Shown: positions 49,151 to 62,610 of the stretch, piece after piece
Numbering within the stretch: position 1 is the stretch's first letter
Layout of the letters: the number at the start of each line of letters is the position of its first letter
NCBI GenBank assembly: GCA_040954595.2
Contig: CM082579.2
Location: 10,653,625-10,717,624 of the forward strand
DNA length: 64,000 bases
Source: Balanoglossus misakiensis
Lineage: Eukaryota; Animalia; Hemichordata
Direction: 5' to 3'
Position numbers and translations under genes: made by a program
Notes under the pieces: model-generated
Told to the model about the DNA's origin: nothing
Database searches by the model: none
What the model saw: the letters and a program-made list of their open reading frames with translations, nothing else

Positions 49151-51398
49151 ATACATACACACGAAAGCAAAATAATAGTTTACCGTAGGAAAAAAACATG
49201 TAGAAAGGGACATATGTTTACTGTACAACAGGAAGAGTTTTGAAATCGTAGAATAAAGGCTTAGGCCTAAATTTCGGCCTACTTTTCATTTGTATATAAC
49301 AACTTTATAAACTTTTCTGTAATAATAAATGGATGGGTGGCTGGGTGATGTATTCGTTCCATTTTCTACATTATTTGAATTAACTACCTTTTAAAAGATT
49401 ATGAAGCCATATCTAGCACTCAATGATGGGTGGTATAGTCATTATGTCTTTATACTACTGTGCTATATTTCATCCGCTTTCGGGCAAATTCAATCAGTAA
49501 CGTTCTTCTTGGCATGTACGTAACATTCCGCAAATTAAGTTATGCAAATAAGCATTAATTATAAAGTCCACATGCGCCAAAAACTAATCAATTCCTGCCA
49601 TTTCGAAATATAATCTTTGTATAAAATTTGATTACAATCTGAAGAGCTCTTTCTGACATATCATTCCCGCAGACACGCAAACAGACACACAGACATTGTT
49701 AATACGACCGTGATTTCCGTGTACAACCAAGAGACCTCATAAAAAAAAACTGATAAGCACTACAGCAAACGATCACTGATGACATGACTGTGAATGTGTG
49801 ACCTCAATTTACAGAAGGGTCAAGGCGTGAGATTTGTCAGCCAGTCTCCAGTAATTGAGTTTTATTATCCTTATAATATTTAACCGCCTCTTCTGGGGTC
49901 CGCATATCGAGAACGCCTGGACCGAGAAACCAGTGCTAGTGGTAGTATACCTGATATTGGAAGATGAAAATCATACATTTTGTACTTACAACCAATATCG
50001 TTAAATGCAAATAAGCTGCAACTTTTGGGATAACTATATATTTTTTTCAACTGTAATTCCATTAGCCCATGCAGATGTAGGCACTGAACTAAATATGAGT
50101 GCATATGCAAGTTTTCATTTAACCAGAAAAAAATAATGATAAAGCTTTTCCGCATGGAATGGTATTTTACTATTTCTGTGTTTATTTAAAAATCTTTTGT
50201 ATTTCCCTACGAACATAACTGTCAATCAATTGTGGAACATACTTACGTTTCAATAGCCTCCTTTAACAGATCTTATGTTTATTATGCTAAATGAATCGTT
50301 CCTTTCAATTAGTTTAATTGTTTCATTTATATACTGTGCTGTGAAGTTAAATACAAAGCGTGATGACCGAGTTGGTGACGTCAGTCACCACCGCCAACCT
50401 TCCAAGCATGAGGTAACATGCAAATTAAACACTTGCACTCAGATAAATGAAAACAACAGTTGATTCGTTTCATGTGCTGTGATGTCACGGGGGAGTGGGT
50501 ATACTGAAGTTCATAGGTTAGGATGGTTTGGATAATTTGGAAATTCCTCTTTAAAATATTAATGACTCTAATGTTAAATTGGGAACTGTGACTCAAAAGT
50601 AATCGAGTAGTATCCCCAATCACAATGTGAGATCCGATGATCGCTAATTATGCGCAAATTTAATTTTGTAAAAATTTGCAGAATAATCAGTCATGCAAGG
50701 AAAGCAGACAGCACTCATCACCCACTACGTGCGTGCGACTGTTTCACTCGTGCCTGATCGATCTTTCAGGTACGAGTCACCTTTTCTGATTAATTTGGTT
50801 TTCTGCGGCCAAGCGCAGCTGCAGAACGTATAAGTAAACGTTCTTTCATCCTGACTTATACATGATGACAAAATGTTCTTGTGCCATGCCCGTGTTTGTT
50901 TTTTTGCGAAGGGAATTTCGGTAGGTCGCCGTCATTCAAATTTATCTGCGGATACCATAGGACACGCGCGCAAATGTGTTAAGGTAAATACCAACAATAG
51001 GAACCTGAATAGTAAAATTTAAGATATTTTGCTAAAATGGGATTGAGAGAGCCGGAGAGATTCCAAATTCGAAAGAACATTACAGACTGAAAAAGATGGT
51101 GGACTATACAACCAGTGTTGCTACGTAACGGCTCTTCTATCCCATGACCTATTTTCCGATGATTATTTTCTCAGTTTCGACGAGCAACGATTTCCCTAAA
51201 CTCCTCTGGTCTTCACCGGAAATTATTCCCTGAATGTTGGGAATGACTTAGTTACGGGGAACGTCTTCTATTCTGTACATCGAATACCTGAACCTGGCTG
51301 CATTCAGTAATGTGGTTACAAAAGCCTACGCTTGACTGATTAATTTCTAAAACCACAGGCCTAAGCTTACAGGGTCTGTGTCCTCGCGCTCATGTCGT

Positions 51399-51406
51399 TA
51401 TAAATA
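51399..51406 (+). promoter_or_regulatory. Candidate TATA box of the KCTD gene
   Basis: TATAAATA ~230 bp upstream of ATG 51633. Confidence 0.35.
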
Positions 51407-51632
51407 ATGCCGTGTTCAGCATTTTCATAGCAACGAGCACGCACGCACTACGCCTGCCCAGAGCGAGTCTTTGTATTGTTTCATTACCCATGGTGCAAAG
51501 CGGCTCTACGCTATCATTTTTCATGACTACGCGTCGTCGCCGTCTTGTTGAAAACTGTCGAATTCATAAGAGCTTCGCTTGCCACGACTGTCGCAAACGC
51601 ATACAGGTTTGAGTTGCATTCAATCTTTCGTA

Positions 51633-52421
51633 ATGACGACCAACAATGAAGGGACCTCCTTTCCTGCCATCATTGAACTGAATGTCGGTGGGCAGCTGTA
51701 CACTACTGCGCATTCCACCTTGATACAAGAGAGCGAGTCTCTGCTTGAGCAAATGTTCACAGGTCGATCGAAATCTATGGTTCAACGTGATTCAAGAGGC
51801 CGCTACTTCATCGACCGCGACGGCATATTGTTTCGCTACATCCTCGACTACCTCCGCAATAGCAAGCTGGTGTTGCCGGAGAATTTCGCCGAGAAGGAGA
51901 GGTTGCGACAGGAGGCCGAGTATTATAAGCTGGCGGGTTTAGTGAAGGCTATCGCAAGAGATGGTGGGGCTGTCACTCAGACAGGGCGACCTACACTTGC
52001 CCCGATACACAGCGGCAGCGCACAGAATCATGTGTCGTCGACTGTCAGCGGCAAACCGCCGGCTTTCCTCACCTTGGGGTATCGCGGCACCTTTGCGTTT
52101 GGACGTGACGGTTTAGCAGATGTCAAATTCCGCAAAATCACACGCATATTGGTTTGCGGCAAAGCTACTGTATGCAAGGACATTTTCGGAGATTATCTGA
52201 ACGACAGTCGTGACCCTGACAGATTGCACTCCCCGGATCGATACACGTCCAGATATTTTCTCAAGCACACCTACCTGGAACAGGCATTCGACGTGTTAGC
52301 CGAAGCCGGCTTTCGCTTTGTCAGTTGCTGTGCGTCCGGTACCAGTACCATTGTCGGCTCACCGGAAAGTGAAGAGAGCAAATGGAATCACTATAACGAG
52401 TTCGTATTTCAACGTTCGTAA
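51633..52421 (+). CDS. KCTD16: BTB/POZ domain protein of the KCTD8/12/16 family (GABA-B receptor auxiliary subunit / Ktl-like), 262 aa, intronless CDS
   Basis: T1 domain FPAIIELNVGGQLYTT...RDSRGRYFIDRDGILFRYILDYLR..LVLPENFAEKERLRQEAEYY. H1 domain LTLGYRGTFAFGRDGLADVKFRKITRILVCGK...RYTSRYFLKHTYLEQAFD...YNEFVFQR. First ATG is at 51633 (the ORF track starts at a TTG). Co-ortholog of KCTD8/12/16, so the symbol is approximate. Confidence 0.93.
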   Translation: MTTNNEGTSFPAIIELNVGGQLYTTAHSTLIQESESLLEQMFTGRSKSMVQRDSRGRYFIDRDGILFRYILDYLRNSKLVLPENFAEKERLRQEAEYYKLAGLVKAIARDGGAVTQTGRPTLAPIHSGSAQNHVSSTVSGKPPAFLTLGYRGTFAFGRDGLADVKFRKITRILVCGKATVCKDIFGDYLNDSRDPDRLHSPDRYTSRYFLKHTYLEQAFDVLAEAGFRFVSCCASGTSTIVGSPESEESKWNHYNEFVFQRS

Positions 52422-55400
52422 AATACTCAAAAAAATGACGAAATATTATCGCACGGCTGCCAAATCTGCACAGTCAAACGGTAATGTTGGAGAAATAACC
52501 CATTTTCCCCTTCTACCCTAGACATTGATGTCACGTGAACACTTTCTAACAATTAGGCCTGTATGTAACTGTCTTTAATAGGGAGAAGGAAATGCAAACA
52601 CGTGGGATGTTGCGAATTGTTTGCGAGGTACGGTGTATAGACAGATTCTTGTACCTAAAACATTAAGATGGCGGAATACATTTAGGCCATTTGCTTGTAC
52701 ATTATTGGTCGCACAGCTAGCTTGACTTGTCTGCACTCTTCTGGAAACAACTCGTGTTGTCATCGTACGGACGACACAGTAATCAATCCTGTGTAAATGA
52801 CAGTTACCTTGTTAATATTGTTGTAAATGATTGTGCATGTATGATCTTTGGAACATTGTTTGAATTTCAAAGATTTTTCCCTTTCAACTGCGTCACTGGA
52901 TTTTAATCTTCGTGGGCGATCAGAATTCACATGTGACATTAACAAACCGACCAATTCGAGGACTTGTAAATTATAAAGCGCTGATTTTTTTTCCCGAACG
53001 TCTTTGGCAATTTTCTAAAACCAACAAAAAAAACCTTGAACAATGTAGTTGAGAAACCTGTCTGACGGCGGTGGAATTACTTACACTCATTAAAACAAGA
53101 AAAGCTTTTTTTGCACACTCGGGACACCCACATAGGCGCGAACACACCCACTCATATAAGCTTAATTACCCACGAATTGCTGGATCCAAGACGTTAAGAC
53201 TTAACATTTGATTTTTCCTCAAAGCGACAGATATTTTCAGTGCATGGATGTGGTTTGCACAATTCATTGGCGCGCGACAGTCAAATCAATACTGTACGTG
53301 TTCTGCACTCCAATATGAAAGCAACTTTACCACCAGATTCACATATCTGAAAATTCTGATTCCCCCTTATATTAATCAAATATGCATGCACACCATCAAT
53401 GGAATTATGCGCTAATGTCGTTACACAACAAGTATGCGATTAAATGGTTTTCCTAAATTTGTCCCCGCAGTGGGGAAATCAAACCCAGTGATGGCGATTT
53501 TATTGACACAGCCTCAAATAAAGTGACCCTATACGTGATGTGAATAATTCCTTGGCTGAATCAACTATACGCAATAATAGTGGACATGGCTGACCTTTGT
53601 TGATTAATCAGCACGGCACATTTCATATTCTATTTGGTTGATAAGGGGAACTATACAGCGGGGGCTGGGATAACTACCGAATAGCATGGACGAGTAGCAG
53701 ATTATCCATCGCGTAGATAAGCATGGTTGTCAACACCCTGGATATACTCGGCTGACAACCATGCGTGCGACTGCACTGAAAATATATCTGTCACGTCATT
53801 TTAGGACTGTTTGCATTATCAACACATATGGCGTTTTCTTTATTCAGTATGGTTTTCACAGCCATTTATAGCTTGCAGCAAATAACGCATGCAGTTATCT
53901 GTATCCTGGAATGTTGATTCCCTAGATTCCCACATGGAATACTAATCACACAACTCCCAATTTTACGACTTGATGAATGTATGATAGATAACTATACATC
54001 GTATTCCTTGAATTTCTTTTACGCCAGCCTGGTTTGTTCGTTTTTTTCACTGTCTGCAGTCCAAGCAGCAATTAGACGGTTGCAACTTAATGGCGAGCCG
54101 AAATCTCGTATGCTTTTGTGTAATATACTATACTTAACATTCAATTCATGTGAGACTCTGATCAAACTGGTTGTTAATCTTGCTATACACAGCATCGCCA
54201 AATTTAAAGCGTTCGTGTTATACCATTAATGCATCACCATCATCCAATTAATTTTCCCAGTTACCATGGTAATCGATTTACGTCCCAGCTAGCTGTAAAT
54301 ATAGCGTTACTCTGCAATTATTGTGAAATGTAGATTGTATGTAAAATGAAGACTTGTGTGACCAGAGTGATATATTGAGTGCATCGAATAATTTTGTTTG
54401 AAGAAGATGTAATTTACAGTTGTCACAGACATTGTATGTGTTTGTTTAAGTCTTAGATATTAATTGAACATGTAGTATTTGATGACATCTTTGACAGTAA
54501 ATTGATCGTCATCTCTAATGATCTCTGTGTTTGAACATTAGCATGATTACTATGTGTTTGAAAAGCACTTTGGCATTTAAATTGGATTTTAGAAATCGTG
54601 CATGATACATCTTTCAAGCAGAGCCTTAAGTCTGCCCTGCGTACACTTATGCATCAATCATTCATTGGCATGCACAAATTTGTTTTTCTGCAATTGAAAT
54701 TATATGAACGGATTTTCACTGTATATTTGTATATTGAACGTCTTATCAACGTATATAGGTACTATTTTGCAGTCTCCATATTGGGTACGTTTGCATTATA
54801 GGAAACACTCTACACATTATTCTAATAAAGAGACACGCAAAATGGAGAATGCCGATCTTTGCTCTATGTTACCTTGGCAACTCCACGTAGTGAAAATTGC
54901 CGCACACAACTTGTCATTGTGCATAGAACATTCATTGTAATAAAGGTAACAAGCAGATGACTAAACAAGACTGCGCTGCGTGATGACGCTTGATTGGTAA
55001 TAGCTTGATTATACTCTACATTAACGTTCAAGTGGTACATGCTATCCAACCTGCTACAACAGTTTGAAGTGCGTGTATTTCACGTAGTTGTTAGTCTTAC
55101 AGCTTGTGAAGTTCACATGTTTAATTTTTTTTATTCGAAATTCACTGAAAAAAAATTATTCCCAGTTTCGGCAACACTTCAACATTAAAAAAGACACTTG
55201 ATGTATCTGTCTTTAGAAAATTGAATGTGGGGCATGTATGGCAACGTCGTGTCTTAATTAGCATTTTCACAGTTTATTTCACGCTTCGTCTTGTAAATGG
55301 TGGAACTCAAAAACGGATGATCGAAAGTAAACTAAATAATTCTTAGAAATTCCTGTCAACTCTAACTTTCTTAAAATAACAGTTATTGTATTTAAGCACA

Positions 55401-56982
55401 CCAATGACAAAAATGATCATACAAAAATTATTATGGATTGTAAAAAATGCATGTTTTAAAAATCTGAGACACGGTTTTACTGACTGACAGTTTATTTCGA
55501 ACGACCATCGATTATATGGGGCAGCAGGGACACATTCCGGGGAAATTGTCGAATATCCGCGGAAAACAACACTCGCAGTAAATGCAACGTTTTTAGATCG
55601 AACTTTGATTTCCATTTATATACCGCTCTTGGCGTAAAGGTCATCTGACCAAGAAATTTACCATTACAATATGTTGTCACGAACCGTAACACGCGCTGAT
55701 GTCCAGGAACAACCACATTTATTGTGATTTGATGTATCTTCCCTTGAAGCAATCCGGAAACTGTGTTTAATATATATCCGTAGGTATGGAATGGTAAATG
55801 GAAACGAAAACGTTTTCTTATGGGTGGGGTTTAGAAAATAAATCAATAAAATACTAAAAGCTGTGAATATTCGCGCATTTCCACAGATTTGACCACACAC
55901 GGACCCGCGCGCGAGTGGAGAAGTGACGCATGCGCATGACTTGTATCCCTTCTCATCGAATTACATGTATACGTGACGTGCTTTTGGCTTTCCGGTATTC
56001 GCGTCATTGCAATTTACATTGCAATATATTCATTAAACCACTTAGGGCCAAGGGGCCAGGTTCATGTCCTCGACAAGCTAAACCCATTATTACATTATTA
56101 CCTTTCACAGTCTATTTGCCGATAATACTTAAAGTAACTAAATGCTTTTTGGACAACATCTATGATTCCCACTGAATTTGAAAACTAGCAAACGCAATAA
56201 CATGCATGAACGGACACCACGGCGCATATATCTTGACATTTGGTTTCGAAATAAAAACTTTACATACACGCAAAATAAAGATAAAATATCTAATGTCCCG
56301 TAGTGCATTTGAATTCATGTGTGCTTTTACACTAAACCCCGGTTTCCGATGATGCAATATTACCTATATCAATAATTGATTTGATGGAAACTAACAACTT
56401 GCTGATCACGGGCACGGGGATGTCCAAGCGCCGCCAAGCAAAACTTCCCATTGAAGTTCTCTGTTTAGGTCCGTGGTTATCGTATGCATGCTTGATTCCC
56501 TTTAATTACACGGTGATAGTAACTGTTCGTACGTGGGATTTATCACTGTGGATGTTGTCCAACTACGTGTGCAGTTTTGTTTCATTTAATATGTGACAGA
56601 TATGATGTCAATAGAGAAGTTTATGGACGTACACACACAGTTCACATCGGAAGAAGAGTGTTTTGGGGGAATACTCTGTAGAAAAAGAAACAGTTTTGGC
56701 CTTTTGACGAAAAAAACGACAACCTCAAAAGCTATAAAGGTGTTTATACATGTTATATGTGATTGTTTGTTTGTGTGTGCGTACTGGACAGGCTGCTCGA
56801 GTGTAACTGTACATTTAAATCATTGATGTGATCAACTCTTTTCGGGCTGTGATGGGAGCATGGCCCAGTGGGTTTTCTTTTGCGTACAGTGGTTGGATAG
56901 AGTTGTCGGCAATGTATGCGTTCGAGCGGAATCAGTCACGTTGACTAAGTAAAAGTGAAAAAGAATGAATATCTGAATGACT

Positions 56983-57255
56983 TACGATACGATACGATAA
57001 TGAATTTATATAGCCCCTGGTATCCATGAAAAAAATGTTCACTGCATAGCGCTTTGCAAAGTGTCGCATGAGTATGCTCTCTCAAAAACCTAGGTCTTAA
57101 GTTAAGAGTTAAACACTTGAGTACTTGATGCTGAACGAATGTTATTGGACAGTAGAAGCGACATACGAGAATGAAAGATCACCATAGGATTTAAGGCGAG
57201 TACGTTCTTTCACAATTTGAAGGGGAATTGTGGTCACGGGGTTATTCTCGATTCT
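56983..57255 (-). mobile_element. Decayed L2-clade LINE 3' end
   Basis: The minus strand encodes RTRLKSYGDLSFSYVAS...IRSASSTQVFNS*LKT*VF, the L2/CR1 ORF2 C-terminal pattern. It is followed by aaagcgctatg...gctatataaat and an (ATCGT)n tail. Confidence 0.7.
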
Positions 57256-58624
57256 AAAGGATGTACATTGTTGAGTAAATCACAGACAAAGAGAAAAATT
57301 CGTTTGTACGAGTGCGCATAACTTTCTGACTACTGCACGTGTAAAGAAGGAAAACATGCAGTCGCTGATAACTGTGTAAGTGTATAGTTCGCAAATAATG
57401 TTCCAACATACATCCCATAAAAAAGTTTTTAAAAGAAACCTTAGTCGAGAATATGAGACAGCCCAGAAAGTATGTAGTTCCGATTTCAACCACAATGTGT
57501 ATTATATTGACAAAGTACCTATACCCAGCCACGCCCCATGCACCTATACCCAGCCACGCCCAATGCACCTAACCCAACCATCTACTATAGTACCTATATC
57601 CACTGGTACCTGCCTGCTTATCTATTACATGTATCAACGTATTTGTTGTTGTAGAACATTGGTGCTATAGACAACTCGAATAAAGGTTGTGGTTATTAAT
57701 TTTAACTGTTTTTGCTTTGAGTCTAACCCATTATACTTTGTATAGCGCACTAATAAAGTGCCTAGACACGCAAAGCTCTGTGCTCATATATCTCGCATGT
57801 AAATATTGCAGCAGATAAAACAGGGAAGACAGAGTATTGTACACGTGTCTATGTGTCGCCTTTTTGAAGATACACTCTTTGTACAAGGTAAACCCCTTAT
57901 TCTGTTTCTATAAACCTTAATTTGAGATTTCCAAAAGAACCGTTTCCCAGTAGACGTATCTGTGGAAAAAATAGGTATTTTATCTGTCAGTTTGGTTTAT
58001 TACGCTTCTTCCAGATGTTCTGTGGTGTTTGGTATTCGATGGCCGTGATTCCATTAAGAATGTCAAATGATCAGCGGATTTGGCAATGACATTGGAGCAT
58101 GTCCGATTTGATAATATGTGTAGACTTCATCCGTGATAAATGTCATGTAAACATCTGCCATAAGCGTACTAGAATATTGGTGTTTTATCTGAAGAAAAGT
58201 GAATTTTCAATTCTACTAAAACCGAGACAAAATCCATATGGACGATTAATGATTGGACTCGCAGTAAAATTGAAAGCTGTCGGGAATAAAAAAAAAGTGG
58301 TGTCAACACTTCCCTGCAGAGCGTATAACCTTTTCATCACCAAGTCAATTGTTTTCAGTGAGAAGCTTTCAATGATGTATTGGAAAATTGGTATTGAAAG
58401 ACAGGCTGTTTACATGTAGTGCGTGTATTGCGAGTCTTCCATCCACTTTTCAATGCATTAACAAAAAATCCATACATACTATTGAATTTATTGCACCATC
58501 ACTTGGATGACTCCAGTAGAAAATAATTGCATCTACATCGAGTTGTATTTTCACACTTCCGCTATATTTTTCATCAACATTATAAAAATCTTTATTGACA
58601 GGATTTACCAGTACCTGTGTAACT

Positions 58625-61600
58625 ATGAAGCCAGTGGGCGGTTTGTTGCTGAAAATGTCAAGAATACTTGTGGCAGCTGCAGCCATCTTGGTGATATCCT
58701 GGTCAATCCATAAGTGTGTGGCTTGTGTTGAAGGTTAGAGCATGAAAATTTGAATCGATTCCGCAAAACGCAAAATATTTTCTTTATTTCTCTTTCCCTT
58801 ATTGATGCATTCTTTGCCATTTTGGTACCTCTTTCGTTTTAGGGTGCAGAATAAGAATTTCAATCTTTAAAATAAACATTTCTCTTGTAATTACTGTACT
58901 GAGCTCAGAATTCCCTCAAAGTATACATTTTCTGAAAGCTTATAAATATGGGAACGTTTTGGTTACTTCGGTGTGGGCATTGTCTACCCAACTATCACAC
59001 AACTATTTAAGTCGACCCCTCTCTTCCTGCCACACCCCGTGAAAATGACCAAAATGTTATCGCTCTGCCAGGTAAAAGGCCACCTTGAGGGACTGTGGCT
59101 GAACTAAATATCAACCTTTGCATCTTCTTTAATCTTTTTATTAGTGACGTAATTTGGACTAACAGTTTATTAAATTAATTTCCAAGATTAATCATTCTAA
59201 TTCATTAAATAATTGTGTGTGCTAATTTCATTGCTTGATTAATAGGGGATTTTGTTTAATTTCCACTGCAAGGCAAAAAAAAGGACAATACATTTTTCTT
59301 TTCTGTCATCAAGATTTTTTTTACTCCCTATTACAATAGTACACATTTTTGAGGGCAAACCTAGCAAAAATGATAGTTATACACATCTTTCTACTTTGCG
59401 ATATACATTGTATAAGTGTTGGGGCAGAGAAATACGGTGATCCTCATTTTGTATTCGTGGAAACCCTTTCAGTTTTTCTTCTCTCAAGGTCAACATCGGA
59501 ATTTGAATTTCATAGTTGAGATAATTCGGCTATCGAGAGTCAACATTTTGCATTGAGCCCCCGTTGCATAGCGACGGCTGAAGTATTACACCTAAAAATT
59601 AAAAAAAATCAGTCTGCTTTCTCAACGTACACCATCGCACACTTATCACACAAAACTGTAAAGATTTTACCATCATGAGCTTCAACGCCATATCCCTTAC
59701 CAATTCATGACATTTTGCGGTCATTTTATTTTTATCGATATATAGACTAATAATTTCAATAATGTTCAGATAAATTGCTTTTGGAAGGGGCGGCGCTGAA
59801 GGTCGTGATGATATCACGTGACATACAATTGAAATACCTCCTCGAACAAGTTTTCCCTGCCTTGTGCTAAAGTGTCGAGATATCCAGATGAAATTTACGT
59901 GAATGCAAGCTGTTGTAACTATCACACAAAGTCTATCTGGGATTTTTGTTAAACCTCTCGGACAATTTTTATGACGCAATCATTTCCAGGGCAGTGAATT
60001 AATCATAATCTGTCGGCTTTAAGATTTTGCTGATGAAAAAACTAAGCCAGATAAAGAAAATCTGAGACACTCTTCTTTAGATTATTATGACAATCGCTGG
60101 GGCAAATTTCAATAGCCAAGCTTGAACACAGAATTGTCCAGGTGCGGACATGTTATTTTGAAAAAAAAGAGGACAAAAATTGACTCGAAAATCTTGGGTA
60201 ATGGTATCTCACATTACCTAACAGAATCTCTCTTCCTCGAGTCAGTACAGTGACATAACTGATTCAGTACGTGACGTGCAGAGCTGGTATTGTTATGCAA
60301 ATATATTCACCTTTTCTTCAGACTGTCACTCCCGGCTAATTACGCATACAAGTATTTCGAATCGCACAAACGCGAAGGTTTTGCATCAGATTGCCACTGT
60401 TATGATTTTGGTTAGGGCAATTTTACAGAAAATCTAGTAACAATTTTGTAATCTTCACAAAATACATTGATAGGAGCATATTCAAAGAAGCTGTTCAGAG
60501 ATTTTTTGAAAAATTGACCAAAAAATTCCTGCTTTCCTTCTGGATCCTGAATTTGATGTATACATATTTGATTAGTGAAAATGTTGCATTACTCAATGGA
60601 AATGTGCAACTGATATTTGGATTTTTAACCAAGTACCATTGACTATTAATTATTATACTAGTATCTGAAGTTCGAGTGAGAGTTATATTCTTGATGTTAT
60701 CAGCACCCCTCAGTTTGTTACATGTATTTGCCTTTGCTGTGGGGGTAACCTGTTGGAAATGAATGAGCAGTTGAATAATGGGAAAGAGATTTTAATGACA
60801 ACCATGACTTTTATAGGAGTAAGTTATCTTTACTCACATGATTTACTGTGATTGGTTAGAAAGGGTCTTTTTATTGGTGAAGCAACACGGTTGAGTGTTG
60901 GTTACTTCCCTTCTCCTCTGACACTCTGTTCTGAAAATCCTTTCTGCAAATGGTTGGCATGGTAACTCTTCCAGTGCCTACAGCTGAATTAAAGGTAAAT
61001 GATCACCTCCAATTTACAATACGCCCATATATGGCTGAAATGGCGTATTTGAGTGTTCTAAAGAACGTATGGTGGCACTTTTTTTTCGCGTGTGCCACCC
61101 ACTGAAAATCTGTGATTGGCTAGATCTCAATTTACCATGGCAACTGTAGCTAAATTTTCATAGGTGACCGTATACCTTTAATGTCAACTTTGTCCAGGAT
61201 TAGTAGTGAGTCAAGCCCTGCATTGCCAATCAATGTACGTGTAAGAGTGAGCAATGCCAGGGCGCAATTAAGACAGCACTGGGCGAGTAAAATGACAGAT
61301 TGGTCGCTATTAGTCCCTTTCAAAAGACAAAACAAGAATTTATGTTGTTGTTCATGTTTACATTTTTACATATCAAATACCAGAACAGTTTGACCCCATT
61401 TGTTACATATTGTATGCATTGCCATTCACACTGATATATACTGTAAAACACTTTATTTTCGCGAGTTGAAATTTTCGCAATATCGAGAGAGGCCACTGTT
61501 TTGCGAGTATTAATTTTCGCGTTCTCTTATTTCATTCACTGCATCGTTATCTTCCAAAAAAATTTACGCAACTTTTTATTTTCACGCTATTTTGGCTCTC

Positions 61601-62343
61601 ACGAATTTCGCGAAAATTTATTGCTCGCGAAAATAAAGTGTTTTACAGTACATTGTATATATACATTTTATTATCTCAAAGATGATGATGGTGTTCGGTT
61701 AGAAGACAAGATGCCACTCAACAGAAGCCTGGCCAAGATGTGCCTTCCCGAAGATGATCCATTTCGCTACAATAGGTTTACGCAGTGTGCACTTTGGGTT
61801 AGTTTTTTTCTTTTATTTCACCAAAATTCAAACCTACAGTGTTTTATTGATTAAACTTCTGGGACGTCAAATTGCAATCCACTTCTTGATTGGATGCTTG
61901 ACAATGACAAAATGCAAACTTTCGATACACTTGTATGATATACTGTAAAAAAAACCTTTATTTTCGCGAGCAATAAATTTTCGCGAAATACGCGAGAGCC
62001 AAAATAGCGTGAAAATAAAAAGTCGCGTAATTTTTTTTGAAGATAACGATGCAGTAAATGAAATAAGAGAACACGAAAATTAATACTCGCGAAACAGTGG
62101 CCTCTCTCGATATCGTGAAAATTTCAACTCGCGAAAATAAAGTGTTTTACAGTAGTGAACTGTGTATTGAGTATGCAACTAATCAGTCTTTCGCCGATCA
62201 TCCAAGGCATTTGGTGCAAAAAAAATAAAGTCTGAAGTTTTTTCCCTCGATCACCACTCAAATCTGCCATAAAATATCTCATACCATGCTACTTTCATAT
62301 TTCACAGAATGTACATTTCTGATTTTGACCCAATGCGACCTGG
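58625..62343 (+). CDS. Putative 5' exons of a secreted/membrane protein gene of unknown family (probably continues downstream)
   Basis: Exon 58602-58733 (acceptor ttgacag, ATG 58625) encodes MKPVGGLLLKMSRILVAAAAILVISWSIHKCVACVE, a signal peptide. Phase-matched exons follow at 61682-61775 (DDDGVRLEDKMPLNRSLAKMCLPEDDPFRYNR) and 62308-62343 (MYISDFDPMRPG). Two donor sites are weak. Confidence 0.45.
60993..61177. mobile_element. Degenerate Kolobok-type MITE
   Basis: TTAA|AGGTAAATGATCACC ... GGTGACCGTATACCT|TTAA. Confidence 0.5.
61441..61648. mobile_element. MITE family A, copy 3
   Basis: TA|CTGTAAAACACTTTATTTTCGCGAG ... CTCGCGAAAATAAAGTGTTTTACAG|TA. Confidence 0.92.
61943..62152. mobile_element. 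MITE family A, copy 4 (inverted relative to copies 3 and 5)
   Basis: Same TIRs and TA TSD. The interior is reverse-complementary to copy 3. Confidence 0.9.
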
Positions 62344-62610
62344 GTATGAAATAGATGTGTACATTGCACACATGTACAGCAATGTTCAGAAAAATGCAGT
62401 GTTCCAAATTGACACATTCCTCAGTAATTTTAATCCAGTGTCACCAATGGTTATAGGGCAACTGCTAATTAATAGTCTTCAAACAATGCACACTCCTTCA
62501 AGGAAAACTGATTACCTAGCGTATTAAATTCCTGTGGTTGTACAAAAAAAATACACTCAATCATTCCATAATCAGCACACATGTATGTACAAAGCGTATC
62601 CTGCAAAATA

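Noticed and set aside
51579-51632. N-terminal extension of the KCTD ORF
   Set aside because: It begins at a TTG from the ORF caller. The first ATG at 51633 lies just before the T1 domain, as in homologs.
56593-56826. Coding exon MMSIEKFMDVHTQF...
   Set aside because: Has a plausible acceptor but a weak donor and no recognisable motif. It may be a 5' UTR exon; there is not enough support.
57522-57575. 24-bp tandem repeat cctatacccagccacgccc(c/a)atgca x2
   Set aside because: A real but trivial local duplication with no sign of function.
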